64,000 nucleotides of DNA from assembly GCA_951406725.2 (NCBI GenBank), contig OX597814.1, positions 48,484,001 through 48,548,000 on the forward strand. The letters run 5' to 3'. The notes beneath the pieces were generated by a model, which saw nothing but the letters and a program-made list of their open reading frames with translations, had not been told where the DNA came from and did not search any database. The first letter of the stretch is position 1, and each line of letters starts with the position of its first letter. The DNA comes from Octopus vulgaris (lineage: Eukaryota). A program made the translations under genes and the position numbers. This document shows, one piece after another, positions 25,852-38,994 of this stretch.

Positions 25852-26704
25852 AAATAGAATAAAGTGATCAGTCAACATGTGAAATCACACTGGATCATAC
25901 CTACAAAAAAAAATTATAGAAGTTTATATAAATATTACATTTTTTTGATAGTCATGATGAGGTGACTGGTGGTGGTAATTTTATTCAATGTTGCATGGAC
26001 TTTACACAGCTTCTCTAATTTTTGTATGTATGATCCAACATATTGATTAACACAGCACTTCTACTCATTATGGAAACAATCGTAACTGATGAATAAAGAT
26101 GATACTGTCACCTTTATTCCTTTGATTAGTATATCATATTTTCTGTGATGGATGCACTACTTCAATAAATTGGAACTTTTCCTGGATTTTCACACAAACA
26201 CGCACACACTCTCTTGAAATACAAACAAAGTTTAGCAGCAAGAAAAGCATCTGATTGTAAAACAATGCCTCAGTAATATGTATTCTTCCAACCCGACTGA
26301 ATATACATGCATAATACATAAATGTGTGTGTGTTCACATATATAAGATTAATAAGGGTATATTAAAAACCATACAAGATAAAGTCTTGATTTTTAAAATT
26401 TATCTTGTATATATTTCTTCTTCATATTTGTTGTACTTGCCAATGGCCACGCTTAGTTTTTTTCTCTGAGCACTTTTTTGTTTCATTTAAGCAAATACCC
26501 AGGTCATAATTGTGTTCTGTCTGCTAGAATTAAGGTAGAGTAACAGCTGTGCTGCTGATGCCTACTGAGGCAGAAACATATGCCCACACGTTTCTTTTGT
26601 CTTCAGACAATTGAACTGTATTAGTGGTATGTCAGTTTATGAGAATTTTTGATTCATTAGGTGATGCTCCCTTCTAAATTTGAGTTAGTTCCAATTGGCA
26701 TCAA

Positions 26705-27620
26705 GCAAAGAAAGGTTGACTGGGAAAATAGTTTTTGGGTGTGGCAGATGCACATGGGCAATAAACACTGAAGATGTACAGAAAACAGATTCTATTACAT
26801 CGTAAAAAAGCTTTTGCTACCTAGGCAACCAAGTCTGTAGTGGGAGTGGTTGCTCTGAGAGTGTAGTGGCTAGAATAAAAATATCCTGGGCAATGTTCAA
26901 GGAGCTCCTACCTATGCTGGCAACTAAGGGCCTCTTACTCAGGATGAAAGGTAGACTGTATGATGCATGTGTATGAACTGCCATGCTCCATGGCAGTGAA
27001 ACATGGGCCATGACTGCTGAGGACATGTGTCGGCTTGAAAGAAATGAAGCTAGTATGATCCACTGGATGTATAATGTCAGTTTGAATATAAGACAGAGTG
27101 TAAGCACCCTGAGAGAAAAGTTGGGCATATAAAGAATCAAATGTGGTGTGCAAGAGAGACGACTGTGCTGTTGTGGTCATGTGTTACGTATGGATGAGGA
27201 CAGCTGTGTGAGGAAATGCCACTCCCTAACTGTGGAAGAGGTAGACCCAGGAAGACATGGGATGAGGTAGTGAAGCATGACCTTTGAACATTGGGCCTTA
27301 CAAAGGCAATGACAGGAGAACAAGACCTTTGATGATATGCTGTGGTTGAGAAGACCTGGCAACTAAAGAGAGATCACAGCCATGCATGTCCGGCCCAGTA
27401 AATAGTACCCCTGATACGTCGGGTGATATGATATGCTTGAGAAAACCTGTTGAGTCAAGTAAAACCAATATTGTAGTATTGGGGAAACATTACCTTGCTT
27501 GGAAAAGGTAAGACTTGGCAACAGGAAGGGCATCTGGACATAGAGAATCTGCCTCAATAATTTCCATCCAACCCATGCAAGCATGGAAAAGTGAATGTTA
27601 AAAATGATGATGATAATGAT
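26705..27620 (+). mobile_element. 5'-truncated RTE-A LINE fragment
   Basis: FCYLGNQV...MLHGSETW...GHVLRMD...RPRKTW homology to the 16.4-17.7 kb copy; (ATG)n tail. Confidence 0.92.
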
Positions 27621-28649
27621 ATATAATGTATATTTCTACCATTTCCTTCTCTCTTCAACCTTTGATGGTATCAATAGAGCATTTACATTTTCAACAAGGC
27701 TTTTATAGTTGGGATAGAGTTAAAGTGTAGGAAATTTATATTTAAAGCAATGGTGTGTTTAATGATGATGATGATGTTTTCAGTTATAAATACACGGTAG
27801 AAGGTAAATTAATACAGACGTTAATTAGATACACTGAGATGTATCTATCAAGTATATCTAACTTCAATATTTAGATAACCATGGCTATATGTCCTCTCCA
27901 ATCTAATCTAGGCTCATAAACATATATCCATGTCTGTATCAGATATCTAATCCCTCTCCTGCTGAAAAAAAGAACATAAAAACCTAACTATATCTGAGAT
28001 CTTTTGGATCTAAATTACTCAATAGATATATAATGTTAAATCTTAACATTTATATATCCTTTAAAAATTAATCAATTTTCTGTAAATTATGCCTATCTCT
28101 TGAAATTCTTTAAGTGCTGATCCCAAGATACCTTGCGAAAAATAAACACTAGTTTTAGAGCTTAAAGCTTTAAACTTTCCACATTTACAGCAACCACATA
28201 TAACACTTCTACAACCACTTTCTGCCACCTGTCTCTCCAGTTGCACACTTTTTTATGGATATATTCTAGTTTAAAAAGCAATGATAATAATAATGGGACT
28301 GGGATATCTGATGAAATTTGCTCTGTTTATAAAATCAATCTGTTTTTGGATCTGTTGTCAAATATCAATTCTTTAGCATATTAAAAAATTTTTTTTTGCT
28401 ATTCTTTCAGTAGGCCAAGTTATAAACCTACTTTTTGAAACCTATTTTTGATTTTTGATTGAAGCAATTTCCCATTGCTTCCCATTTGTTTTTGTGTAAA
28501 CATTTAAGGTTTTGTAGTTATTTTACTTCTGAATTAAACTTTCTCTCGGTCAAATTGAACCAAATCAGTTTGCCTGCAAACTGCTGCCACTGTAGACACC
28601 CAAAGACACCTAAATTTATATCTAAGTAATAGATAAATTTCATTTTAAG

Positions 28650-29250
28650 CATGATAATAATAAAAATAATAGTTTCTTACATAGAAACAAAGTCAGAAAG
28701 ATGAAAGTCAAAGTTGACTTTAGTGGAATTTGAACTTGGACTGTAAAGAGCCAGAACTAATGCTGCAAGGCATTTTGTCTGATGCTCTAATACTTCTGCC
28801 GACCCACTGTTCTGAAAATGACAATTTCTCAGAGAGACACAGTGCTATAAATTTGAGGATGAGGAGGAGGTTAGTCAGTTAAATTAACCACAGTACATGT
28901 CTGGTACTTTATTTTATTGGTAGGATTTTGAATTCAGATTGTAAAGAACCAGAACAAATGCCACAAAGCATTTTGCCTGACACTCAAATGATACTGTTAA
29001 CTCACCACTTTTAGTAATCATAATAATAATAATCCTTTCTAGTATTAGGCACAATTTTTGGGGAGGGGACTAGTTGATTACATCAACCCAGTGTTTCTCT
29101 GGTATTTAATTTATCAATCCTGAAAGCATGAAAGGCAAAGTTGACTGTGACAGAATATGAACTCAGAAGATAAAGATTGATGAAATGCTGCTAACCATTT
29201 TACCTGGTGTGCCAACGGTTCTGCCAGCTCACCACCTTAATACTAATAAT
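28650..29250 (-). mobile_element. Cluster of about three decayed Meta/MESC-like SINEs separated by (TAA)n-like runs
   Basis: Repeated ATGAAAGGCAAAGTTGAC...TGAACTCAGA...CTGCCAGCTCACCACCTTAATA-like motifs. Confidence 0.8.
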
Positions 29251-29274
29251 ACATACATATATATACATACACAT

Positions 29275-29640
29275 GCAATCTACTGCAATTTATCATCAAA
29301 TGAAAGGATGAGCCTATATGAACAGAAGGCTATGCATGGATATGTTATTAGAAAGCTCTGTGATGATAGTAACATCGATCATCAAAGTAGTTTATCATGG
29401 ACAAATAGCCAGAATACTACCTCCCACTTAGAAGGGTATGCATTTGCAATCCAGGTGCAGGAAATATCAACCAAGTACCTGATGCACAAAAGGGATAGAG
29501 ATGCAAGAAAAGCAGAAAAATGTGACAACCGATGCAGACTGTGGAGTTCACACTGGAGATATCACTCACATCATAAGCAGTTGTCCGAAAATGTCATCAT
29601 GGTATTATCTACTGATGAGACATGACGTAGCTAGGACACT
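29275..29640 (+). mobile_element. R4/Dong-clade (restriction-like endonuclease) LINE fragment
   Basis: KAMHG...ID...SLSW...EGYAFAIQVQEISTKY...CDNRCRL, then after a frameshift DITHIISSCPK...YY..MRHD (CCHC knuckle plus RHD). Confidence 0.8.
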
Positions 29641-30944
29641 CTTGTGACAAGAAGGACATCCAGTTGTAAAGTAATGGACTCAGTAATAAAATTGTTTAAT
29701 TCTTACTAACATGGTAAAATGAACATAAAAATGAATGAGCAAAAAGAATGAAGAAATGCATACATATTATGGAGGTAGGGTAAAATCCAAGCTGTGCTCT
29801 CTTGAAGAACATCTGCTTATTCCAATATTACAACCTATGTATGTAGATGCATTGATGCAAGGTACAGATTAAAGTTGAATATTCTGGAAATTTTATTTGT
29901 TTCTCTGTCTGAAGAATTTCAAATAGGAAATTTCTTCCATGTTTATGTAACATACTAAACATTGTAATTCCTGTTAGCAAATGAAATATGCGTAATGGTA
30001 AATAAAAAATACCAAGTCAATTTTCCTACAGCTGAGGATAAGCATTATCTTATGCTTTGAAACTTTAAGTACCATGGAATTTGAATCAAACTGTTTTGAT
30101 CTATACATGTAACTCCTAATAAATGTGTTGAGTGCCCTTCTTTCATTTGCCCATTCACTCATGTATATTTATATGTGTGTGTGTGTTTGTATTATGTGCA
30201 TATGTACACATTTGACAGCATGACAGAGACAAAACAAATATAAGCGAGAGAAAGAGTAACTGACATGCAGGGGATCTAGGACTTCTTGTATTCCTTGTAA
30301 GTGCTGTGTTGTCTGTATATATGTTGATTTTTGTTTAATCTGTATGTGTGTGTGTGTGTGTATGTGTGAAAGGATGCAGTGAAAGCAGACATGTGAAATA
30401 GAGCTTGAAGACAGCTGGATGCATTTAGAGATTTGGCTCCTATTTTTAGCATGTTGAGTGTATGTGTGTGTTTTTCTTATGTATTGTTCTTGTTGTTTAG
30501 CTCCAGTCAACCATAATGTCTTGTGCAGATATTATGATGATATTTACTTTACTTGTAACCATCTCATGGTTTCCTATTTGCAAGAGACCTAGGGTCATAT
30601 ATGTGGTTGTTGTGTTGCATTATCTGTTAGTGTCAATTTACCAAGGAAATACATAAAAGCAAGTTTGTATGGATATACTATCTTGAAGACTGTAGACACG
30701 AATATGTGGTGCATGCAAACATGCATGTGGGCGCATGCATGCATACACACAGATATTCATATGACAAACTTTCTATAGTTACTAGCAGCCAATTCACTCA
30801 CAAGACATTAGTTAGCCCAGGGTATAGAAGATATTTGCCCAGGGTACCATGCTGTGGGACTGATCCCAAAACCATGCGGTTGTGAAGCAGACTTGTGAGC
30901 TATATATCCATGTCTGCATTTAGCCATGCCTTAGTCTTATATAT

Positions 30945-31255
30945 GTGGAGGCGCAATGGCCCAGTGGTTAGGGCAGCGGACTCACAGTTGGAGGATCGCG
31001 GTTTCGATTCCCAGACCGGGCATTGTATGTGTTTATTGAGCGAAAACACCTAAAAGCTCCACGAGGCTCCAGCAGGGGGTCATGGGGACCCCTGTTGTAC
31101 TCTTTCGCCCCAACTTTCTCTCACTCTTTCTTCCTGTTTCTTGAGTAACGTTGCAATGGACTGGCATCCCGTCCAGCTGGGGGGAACACATACGCCCCAG
31201 AAACCGGGACCATGAACCTGGCTAGGCTTGAAAAGGGCTCATAAATTAAAAAAAA
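30945..31255 (+). mobile_element. Young tRNA-derived SINE with V-domain-like segment and A-rich tail
   Basis: A box TGGCCCAGTGG, B box GTTTCGATTCC, GCAATGGACTGGCATCCCGTCCAG segment; exact 13-bp TSD TAGTCTTATATAT (30932-30944 and 31256-31268). Confidence 0.9.
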
Positions 31256-31342
31256 TAGTCTTATATATAGATATATCTACCATTTACAAAGCTCTCAGTT
31301 CTTGAGTCATTTTTATTAACTTATATAAGTATATGTGTGTAT

Positions 31343-31753
31343 AGGTGCAGATGTGGTTATGTGGTTGAGAAGTTTGCTTCTCAACCATATAGTCTTGAGT
31401 TCAGTCCTACTTAATGGTACCTTGGGCAATGTCTTTGGTTGCCTAGGGCCAAGTCCTTGAAAAAGCATTTTGTACATGGAAACTAAAAGAAGCCTGTCAT
31501 GTATGTGTGTGTGTATGAATTTATGTGTACTCTTTCTTGACATGGTTATGGACAAGCATAACTGTTATACAAGTGATGTTGTTCACTTCCAGTCTTCTGT
31601 GAAAAACATGTCTCGCCATTAGGAAATATTACCTTGCTTGGAAACAGGTAAGGATTGATGACAGGAAGTGCAACAGGTCATAGAAAATCTGCGTCAACAA
31701 ATCCCTCCTGATCCATGCAATCATGGAAAATTGAACACCAAATGATGATGATG
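31343..31753 (+). mobile_element. Older SINE: family-A-like head with RTE-type 3' tail
   Basis: tRNA/CORE-like head, then ACCTTGCTTGGAAACAGG...CATGGAAAA...(ATG)n, as in the 27.5 kb LINE tail. Confidence 0.8.
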
Positions 31754-31766
31754 ATATATATGTATG

Positions 31767-31804
<38 letters not shown>

Positions 31805-31808
<4 letters not shown>

Positions 31809-32365
31809 GGGGAAGTCAAAAATTATCTGCACTTTCGCCATAACATATCTCTATTATTGACACATGTGTGCTTATAGTTGGTACTATTGTGGTTATGTGA
31901 CCAAAGTTTGAACCTGATCACAGCATTTTTCTTTCTAGTTTTACAGTGTAAGCATGGCTGCTCCACTAGCAATGTGCACCAAAGAAGAACATCTCTCAAG
32001 TTTGTTCAATCTTCTTGTCAGTGATGGAGGTTGACGGGCATCCTGTTCCCTCTTTGTGCATCATGCTTGTCTAGCTGCTTTTAAACTTCTTGATCCGCTC
32101 ATACATGGTACTTTTACGCAGTAGTGCACTGTCCCCATAATGTGCTAAAAGCCTCCGATGTATTTCAGCACCTGACACATCTTTTGACCAGAGAAATCGG
32201 ATCACTGCTCTTTGTTAAAGCCAGAAAGAGAAAGGGTGCAATAAGGCTCAAACTTTGATCATGCAACCACAATAATACCAACTATAAGCTTGCATGCACA
32301 GATGGCAGTGTGACAATAATAGATATGTTATGGTGAAAATGTGGATAATTTTTGACTTACCCTTG
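31805..32365 (+). mobile_element. Non-autonomous mariner derivative with long TIRs and an internal inversion
   Basis: About 110-bp imperfect TIRs (GAGGGG.AAGTCAAAAATTATC / GATAATTTTTGACTTACCCTTG) set in (TA)n; transposase N-terminal HTH remnant. Confidence 0.88.
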
Positions 32366-32400
32366 TGTATATATATATATATATATATATATAGCCACAC

Positions 32401-32434
<34 letters not shown>

Positions 32435-32440
32435 CCACAC

Positions 32441-32490
<50 letters not shown>

Positions 32491-32855
32491 GTATATAACC
32501 AATATTTCATGCACAGACAGAGATTAGAAAATCTAAGATAAATTTAGTGTAGTTATCCCACAGTTTATACAACCTTTGATGTAGAAAGGAAATAAATGTA
32601 AGTACAGCTTGTTATTCCCTTTGCATTCAGAAAGGCACTATAAGATGTATTTACATCTCTTTATTTTCCGCAATGTGCTATAAACTTGAGACTAACTGTA
32701 TTAAATTTATCTTGTGTGTTTGTGTGTTACTGATAGTATGATTCTATACTGAAAACAGAGTTTCCTTCCATCAATCAATCAATCACTCAATCATTGCTTT
32801 ACCATCCATTTTTCCATGCTTACATGTGTTGGACATAGTTCGTCAAGGAACAATT

Positions 32856-32895
<40 letters not shown>

Positions 32896-35302
32896 CACAC
32901 ACTCTTTGTGGTAATGGTGATTTGATGTCTATGTTTAGCATATTAGGTGTCCACTTTAGTGGTCATTCCTCTTAATTTTGTAGATAGATAGATAGATAGA
33001 GAGAGAGAGATAGAGAGAGGGAATAAATTGGAATGAGTCAGGACAGAAGTTAAAGAAATTTATGATTGTTTGTTTTAGTTTATTTAAAGAATTAGATAAG
33101 CTAGCTTCATGGTGAACTAACCAGATAACAGTTAATTTAAAGTATACAGATGTTTTGGTGAGAAAATGTTTTTGTTTGGGGGAAATCATTTGCAAAGGAA
33201 GTAATATTAAATGTGGGTAACATGTTTTTAAAATATACAGCTTGTTCAACAACATTGAGTTGTGTGGAGTTCCATCAAATGATGGTGGAGTGTGAACAAA
33301 GGCAGATAATTGCAGAATATAAGTTTGGTAGAATAATTCATTTATTCAAATTAGAAAACTGTTGAACAATTAATCATCTTTCAAGTTTTGAATTTCACAA
33401 TGATCTATTTCAGTGACAGCTGTCTAGTATATGGATCTATTAGTAAATGGATATATAGTCTAGTATATGAATCTATTAGTAAAAGTTCTGCCTAAGCAAC
33501 TCCAGAAAAAAATTGAATATCTTTGTATTTTTGATATTTCAACTGCTTCTATATACATCACCAGTTTAGGAACCATCAGTTTTGCATCTACTATTACACC
33601 ACAGTGTATATAAACCCTAAACTTCTCATACAACTCTCCTTTCAGTTTCACTGATGAAGGCATCATGTGTCCATATATTTTTATGATGTTTGTTAGGAAA
33701 CACAATAGTGCCTGGGAATAATATAGAATATATTATAATTTCTATAGAATATCTGTAGAGATACCTTTAACAAGTAATATATTATGCATTTATTCTATTA
33801 TGTAGCATGATAATATTTCAAGTGTCTCTTTATTTTAGCTATTCTTATACTATTGTTCTGTACCTGACTTTTTCCACTTTTATTGAGTACTCTGCTAATC
33901 ACTTTGAGCAAAAAAAAAAATATATATTTTCATTATAAATGCAGTATATTTATACCTATAATCTCTAGGTATAAATATATATTGCAGCTTATTTAAGGTT
34001 AATTTCAGTGAATTAAGCATTGTTATAAAGTGTGTTACAAAGCAAATCAAGTGTTTTTGTGATTCATATCTTGCTGTTTCCATATATTATCATATATTAT
34101 CAATTCTGCTTAATGGTGTATGTAAACAAGTCCTCATACTATTATCTTCGCAGTTCTGTTGATGATAGCATCACGTCTCTGTGGATTTCTTTGAATGTCT
34201 GACTGCTAGAAACATAGTTGTGTCCACTGGAGATATAGAATATATGTATTTATTTCTTGTAATTCCATTATGTTTGCAAGTGTTTATATATACTACTGCT
34301 CTAAACCTCATTTTTTTGTACCCCCCTTTTCACTTTAGTTGAGTATTCTATTCATCACTTTGTATAAAAAATATTTTCATTAAAATTGCAAAAGTTCTTG
34401 TGTTTATAATTACTTTATATTTTTATGAGTGTGTGTTTGTCATTGTATCGGTTAACTATATAAGTTAGTATTTATATCTGCATGTGTGTGCATGTGTGTG
34501 AATGCCTATATTATTGCATTTATATCTAGGTGTTTGTGTATGTGTTTATCATATAGAAATATGAAGGAGAGAGTAAAAGGAAGTGAATATAAATATAATT
34601 GAAGTATAAACTTGAGAAAGAGAGAAACAGAACTGTTGAGTTATTTGGTAATATGTTATTCCTGTTTCTTGTCCTACAGTAGAACCTATTTATATTTTTA
34701 GATACTGCCAAAGTTGTGTGAGTTGAAATATTGAAACAATTCTTTAAGCTTCCAAATCACTGTCGTTAATCCTCAGATTAAACTTAAAGGGCAACCTTTC
34801 ATTTTCATTAAAGTTTATTTCTTCCTTTTGCTCTGTTGCTTCTTGCGCAAGATCACCTAAAAGGAACTTCATAAATTCAAGGGAAACCCTTTGCTGTTTC
34901 TCATTTCTTTTTATGTTACATCACAAAGTAAGGGATTGAACCTTGTAGAGAAGGATTTAAAGACTGTTTATTTTAAAGGTCATGGGATTAGCTAAAGGCA
35001 GTGCAGAGAGAATAAGTATTTCTCATGTTAGCATGAAGCATTGAGTTTTGAAAAGCAACATTGGAAATTATTAGGTATGTTCTTTTCTCAAGGGCATCAA
35101 GAACTTAAGGAACTGGAAGGAAAAAAAACATCATTGGAAATTCTGTTCCTTGAGAGCTTTGATCTTTCAACAGAAAGTGTGTGTGTGTGTTTAATTTTTT
35201 TTCTAGATATTTTTCTGAAGATTGGCTTTTAAGAATTACTAAAACATAAACTTTTTTCTGTCTGCCTCTTTCTTTGTGTGTGTGTGTATGCGCAAATGTG
35301 TG

Positions 35303-35333
<31 letters not shown>

Positions 35334-35990
35334 GTATTTATGTTTGTCATACATCACACACGCATATGCATGCATCTTTGTACTAGATTTCGTAATAGAA
35401 ATGCCTAAAATAATTGTGAAACTTTGATAAAAACCTCCATAAAGTTAGCTAAGTTGAGTAATTCTAATGAACCAATGCCTTGACTTTATATAATTCAGGT
35501 GGGAAGTGATGTACTAGATGACATATACAAAATTTCTAAAAGGATTAAAATTTGTCTCTTAGAGAGAGAAAACAGTAACCTAACAGCAAATGTTAGAAAT
35601 TCCTAAAGAAAAGAGGAAATGATTTTAAGAAATTAAGAATTAATTTCTTAGAGAGTTGAATTTTCATGCTTATAGTAGAAAAATCAGTTTTCCACTAGCT
35701 TTTGTTTTCTATCTCCCACTCTGGAGGTAACTTTCATCCTCTACTTGAATGTGAGAAAATCTTGATTAGTTTTAAAATGCTTCGAAATAACTCCAGGCAA
35801 AATTGCTATGAATGAATCTAGTTTTTCTTATTATCATTTCATACTACCTAGGTCTGGCTTTGGGTGAAGAGTATAGTCTGCAAAATAATAAGGGAGGATT
35901 ATAACTGATTGAATTAATTAGCTTCAGTTCATTATTGATACTTGTCCCTTAATAAAATGTGAATCAATCCAGCATGATGATAATAATGAT

Positions 35991-37364
35991 AATCGTTTCT
36001 ACTATAGGCACAAGGCCTGAAATTAGGGGAAGGGATAAGTCGATGACATCAACCCCAGTACTCAACTGGTACTTATTTTATTGACCCTGAAAGGAGGAAA
36101 GGTGAAGTCAACCTTGGTGAAATTTGAACTGAGAACATGCAGATGGACAAAATGCCACTCAGCATTTTGCCCAGCGTGCTAATGGTTCTGCCAGCTTGCC
36201 ACTTTAATAATAATAATAATAATAATAATAATAGTAATTATAATAATGGTTTCAAATTTTGGTTCAAGGCCCGCAAGTTCAGGAGAGGGATTAAGTCAAT
36301 TACATTGACGCCAGTGTTCAATTGGTCTTAATTTTATCAATCCCAAAAGGCATAGTTGACCTCTGTGAAATTTGAACTTAGAACGTAAAGGTAACTGAAA
36401 TGCCACTAAGCACTTTGCCCAGCATTCTAATGATTCTGCCAGCTCACTGCCTTAACAATAATAATCCTTTCTAGTGGAAGCACAAGGCCTCAAATTTTTG
36501 GGAAAGGATTAAGTCAATTACATCGACCCCAGTGTGTAACTGGTACTAATTTTATCGACCCTGAAAGAATGAAAGGCAAAGTTGACCGTGGCAGAATTTG
36601 AACTCAGAACATAGCGACAGACAAAATACCCCTAAGCATTTTGCCTAGCATGCTAACAGTTCTGCCAGCTCGCCACCTTAAATGATAATAATAATAGTTT
36701 CAAATTTTTGCCACAAGGGTGGCTTGGGGAAATGGGGATGAGACGATTACATTGACCCCAGTGTTCGGATGATACTTATTTTATCGACCCCCAAAAGGAT
36801 GAAAGGCAAAGTTGATCTCAGTGGAATTTGAACTCTGAACATAGTGGCAGACGAAATACTGCTAAGCATTTTGCCCGGTGTGCTAACGATTCTGCCAGCT
36901 CACCACTTAATAATAATAATAATAATAATAATAATCGTTTCTGTTTTAGGCACAAGGCCTGAAATTTGTGGGAGGGGGATAGTCGATTTTATTGACCCCA
37001 GTACTTAACTGGTACTTAGTTTATTGACCCCGAAAGGATGACAGGCAAAGTTGACCTTGGTGGAATTTGAACTCAGAACATAGCGGCAGACGAACTATCA
37101 CTAAGCATTTTGCCTGGCATGCTAACGATTCTGCCAGCTCACCGCCTTAATAATGATAATCCTTTCTACTGGTCTTAAATTTTGGGGAAGGGATTAAGTC
37201 GATTACATTGACCCCAATGCATAACTGGTACTTATTTAATGAACCTTGAAAGGATGAAAGGCAAAGTCGACCTCGGCAGAATTTGAACTCAGAATGTAGT
37301 GACAAGCGAACTACCACTAAGCATTCCATCCAACATACTAACGACTTTGCCTGCACACCGCCTT
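35991..37364 (-). mobile_element. Head-to-tail array of six Meta/MESC-like tRNA SINEs
   Basis: Six units of about 210 bp (starts near 35991, 36248, 36463, 36697, 36933, 37158). Each has an AAGGCGG.GAGCTGGCAGAA-like head, a GAGTTCAAATTC-like B box and a GCCTTTCATCCTTTCGGGGTC.ATAAA..AGTACCAG-like Meta domain; units are separated by (TAA)n. Confidence 0.92.
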
Positions 37365-37388
37365 GATAATAATAATAATAATAATAAT

Positions 37389-37580
37389 GGTGCTGATTCT
37401 GCCTGCCACTGTTGTGGTACAACCAGAGAAACAATTGACCTCATCATCTTTGGATGTTCTACGTTAGCCTCAAATGAATATATTACTCACCATTATAGAT
37501 TTGGTCAGCATTTGCACTGGATCATAAACCATAAGTCTGGACTCCCATATGAAGAAGAAATGGTGGGGACATAAACCTGC
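37389..37580 (+). mobile_element. R4/Dong-clade LINE fragment
   Basis: DSACHCCGTTRETIDLIIFGCSTLASNEYITHH...GQHLHW, starting directly after (AAT)n. Confidence 0.8.
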
Positions 37581-38415
37581 TAAATTAGTTGAAAATTACA
37601 ATTCTTTGGGACATATGTATCCAAGCTGGTCATGCTATACAAGCCAATAGATAAGATTTGTGGTAAAAAATTACATTGACAAAAGATGTCTGTGCATAGA
37701 TTGCTTAAATCTGGAAAACAATATATTGTACTGGAAAACAATATATTGTTTCCAATGTGTACTGATGTGTTTTCATGAGGTCTTTTTTTTTTCAAGCAAC
37801 ATACAATGTCTGTATTTCATGAGGATATAAATGAATGATGTATGTATGTAGAATATCAGAAACAAGTTCAGATTGGAACCATTAGAGCAGCAGTGTCTAT
37901 AAGTAGATGTTACAAGGAGTATGTGGTGATATATACAACACAAAAGTATTAAAACATCGAATTGCAACACGTCAACTATAATAATTCATAGGCATAGAAA
38001 GTCTAGCTCAAACTATGACAGAACAAACACGAGAAAATTATGATTATTTATGACTTGTTGTGAGGCACACGTAATATCATGCTTATATAATATCTAAAAA
38101 TAAACATACCAAACTTTTACTACAATTTTGTAACCATGATGACCCTACTCTGTCAATTCGAACAGAAATTTCATTTCTTTCCTTTCCATCCACTTATGTT
38201 TTCTCTTGATCATCGTTTTTTACTTTCATGATTTACTTGATATGATATATAGTATACTCTGTATTATGTATTATGTTTGTTAAATGATTGTTTTAGTGTT
38301 GTGGTATGATTTATAATTAGTAAATTCTCATGAGGCCTGCTGCAAGAAAAAAGGTTACTCATCTCCGACTTAGAAAATACAAAGTATTGTATCTATTATG
38401 GTTATCTATCTGCAG

Positions 38416-38729
38416 CAGAGGTTCTCAAACTTTTTGGGCCACTGCCCCTTTCATGACCACATAATACCCTCAGCACCCCCACACCTATTTTTATAAATAA
38501 ATATTTTATATTTTAGTAATTTATATATACTATGAATCATTTGATATTCAATATAATATTATATAATTTGTGTACAATACTATAATAATATCATAATAAA
38601 TTCATAGCGTCCCCCAATTCACTGCCTTCCTCTCAATGCCTCCTTTTTCTCTACCGCCCCCTCAGGCACCAGCACCTACCTGGACCGTCTCAATGGTGGG
38701 GGTGGTACTGCTCACACTGTGAAGCTATG
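38416..38729. mobile_element. hAT-type MITE
   Basis: CAGAGGTTCTCAAACT left terminus, decayed right terminus, exact 8-bp TSD ATCTGCAG. Confidence 0.8.
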
Positions 38730-38994
38730 ATCTGCAGTATCATTAAAATGATAGTGAAGTAGTTTAATACTATTTTTATATGTTTAAGATTGTCCTTTTG
38801 TTTTGTCTCAGTATTGACTTGTACTGTCGTGCGCTAATAGTAATTTAGTTTTGTAATACTACTATGACACACTCTGCTACAATGATAAACATATATTATT
38901 ACACTTCTATTTGTTATACTGCTACCACTATTTGCTGTTGCTAAGTGGCTATATCTTATGTTTTAACTAGTGTATTTTATTGTGGCTATATATA

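Noticed and set aside
30501-30592. Possible phase-1 alternative terminal exon
   Set aside because: Only an acceptor-like AG and 30 open codons; the peptide is unremarkable and no clear poly(A) signal is nearby.
30705-30745. Cluster of TGCATG (Rbfox-like) motifs, also near 23970, 24150 and 34480
   Set aside because: Embedded in degenerate TG/CA microsatellites, where the motif arises trivially.
30945-31020. tRNA gene
   Set aside because: The tRNA-like region continues into a SINE body, A-rich tail and TSD, with no Pol III terminator after it.
34680-34717. Candidate 16- or 38-nt exon ending at GTGAGT
   Set aside because: Neither length fits between the phase-1 neighbours, and the donor context is weak.
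35991-37388. CRISPR-like regular array
   Set aside because: Units are about 210-bp SINEs with Pol III boxes, the spacers are (TAA)n, the context is eukaryotic and there are no cas genes.
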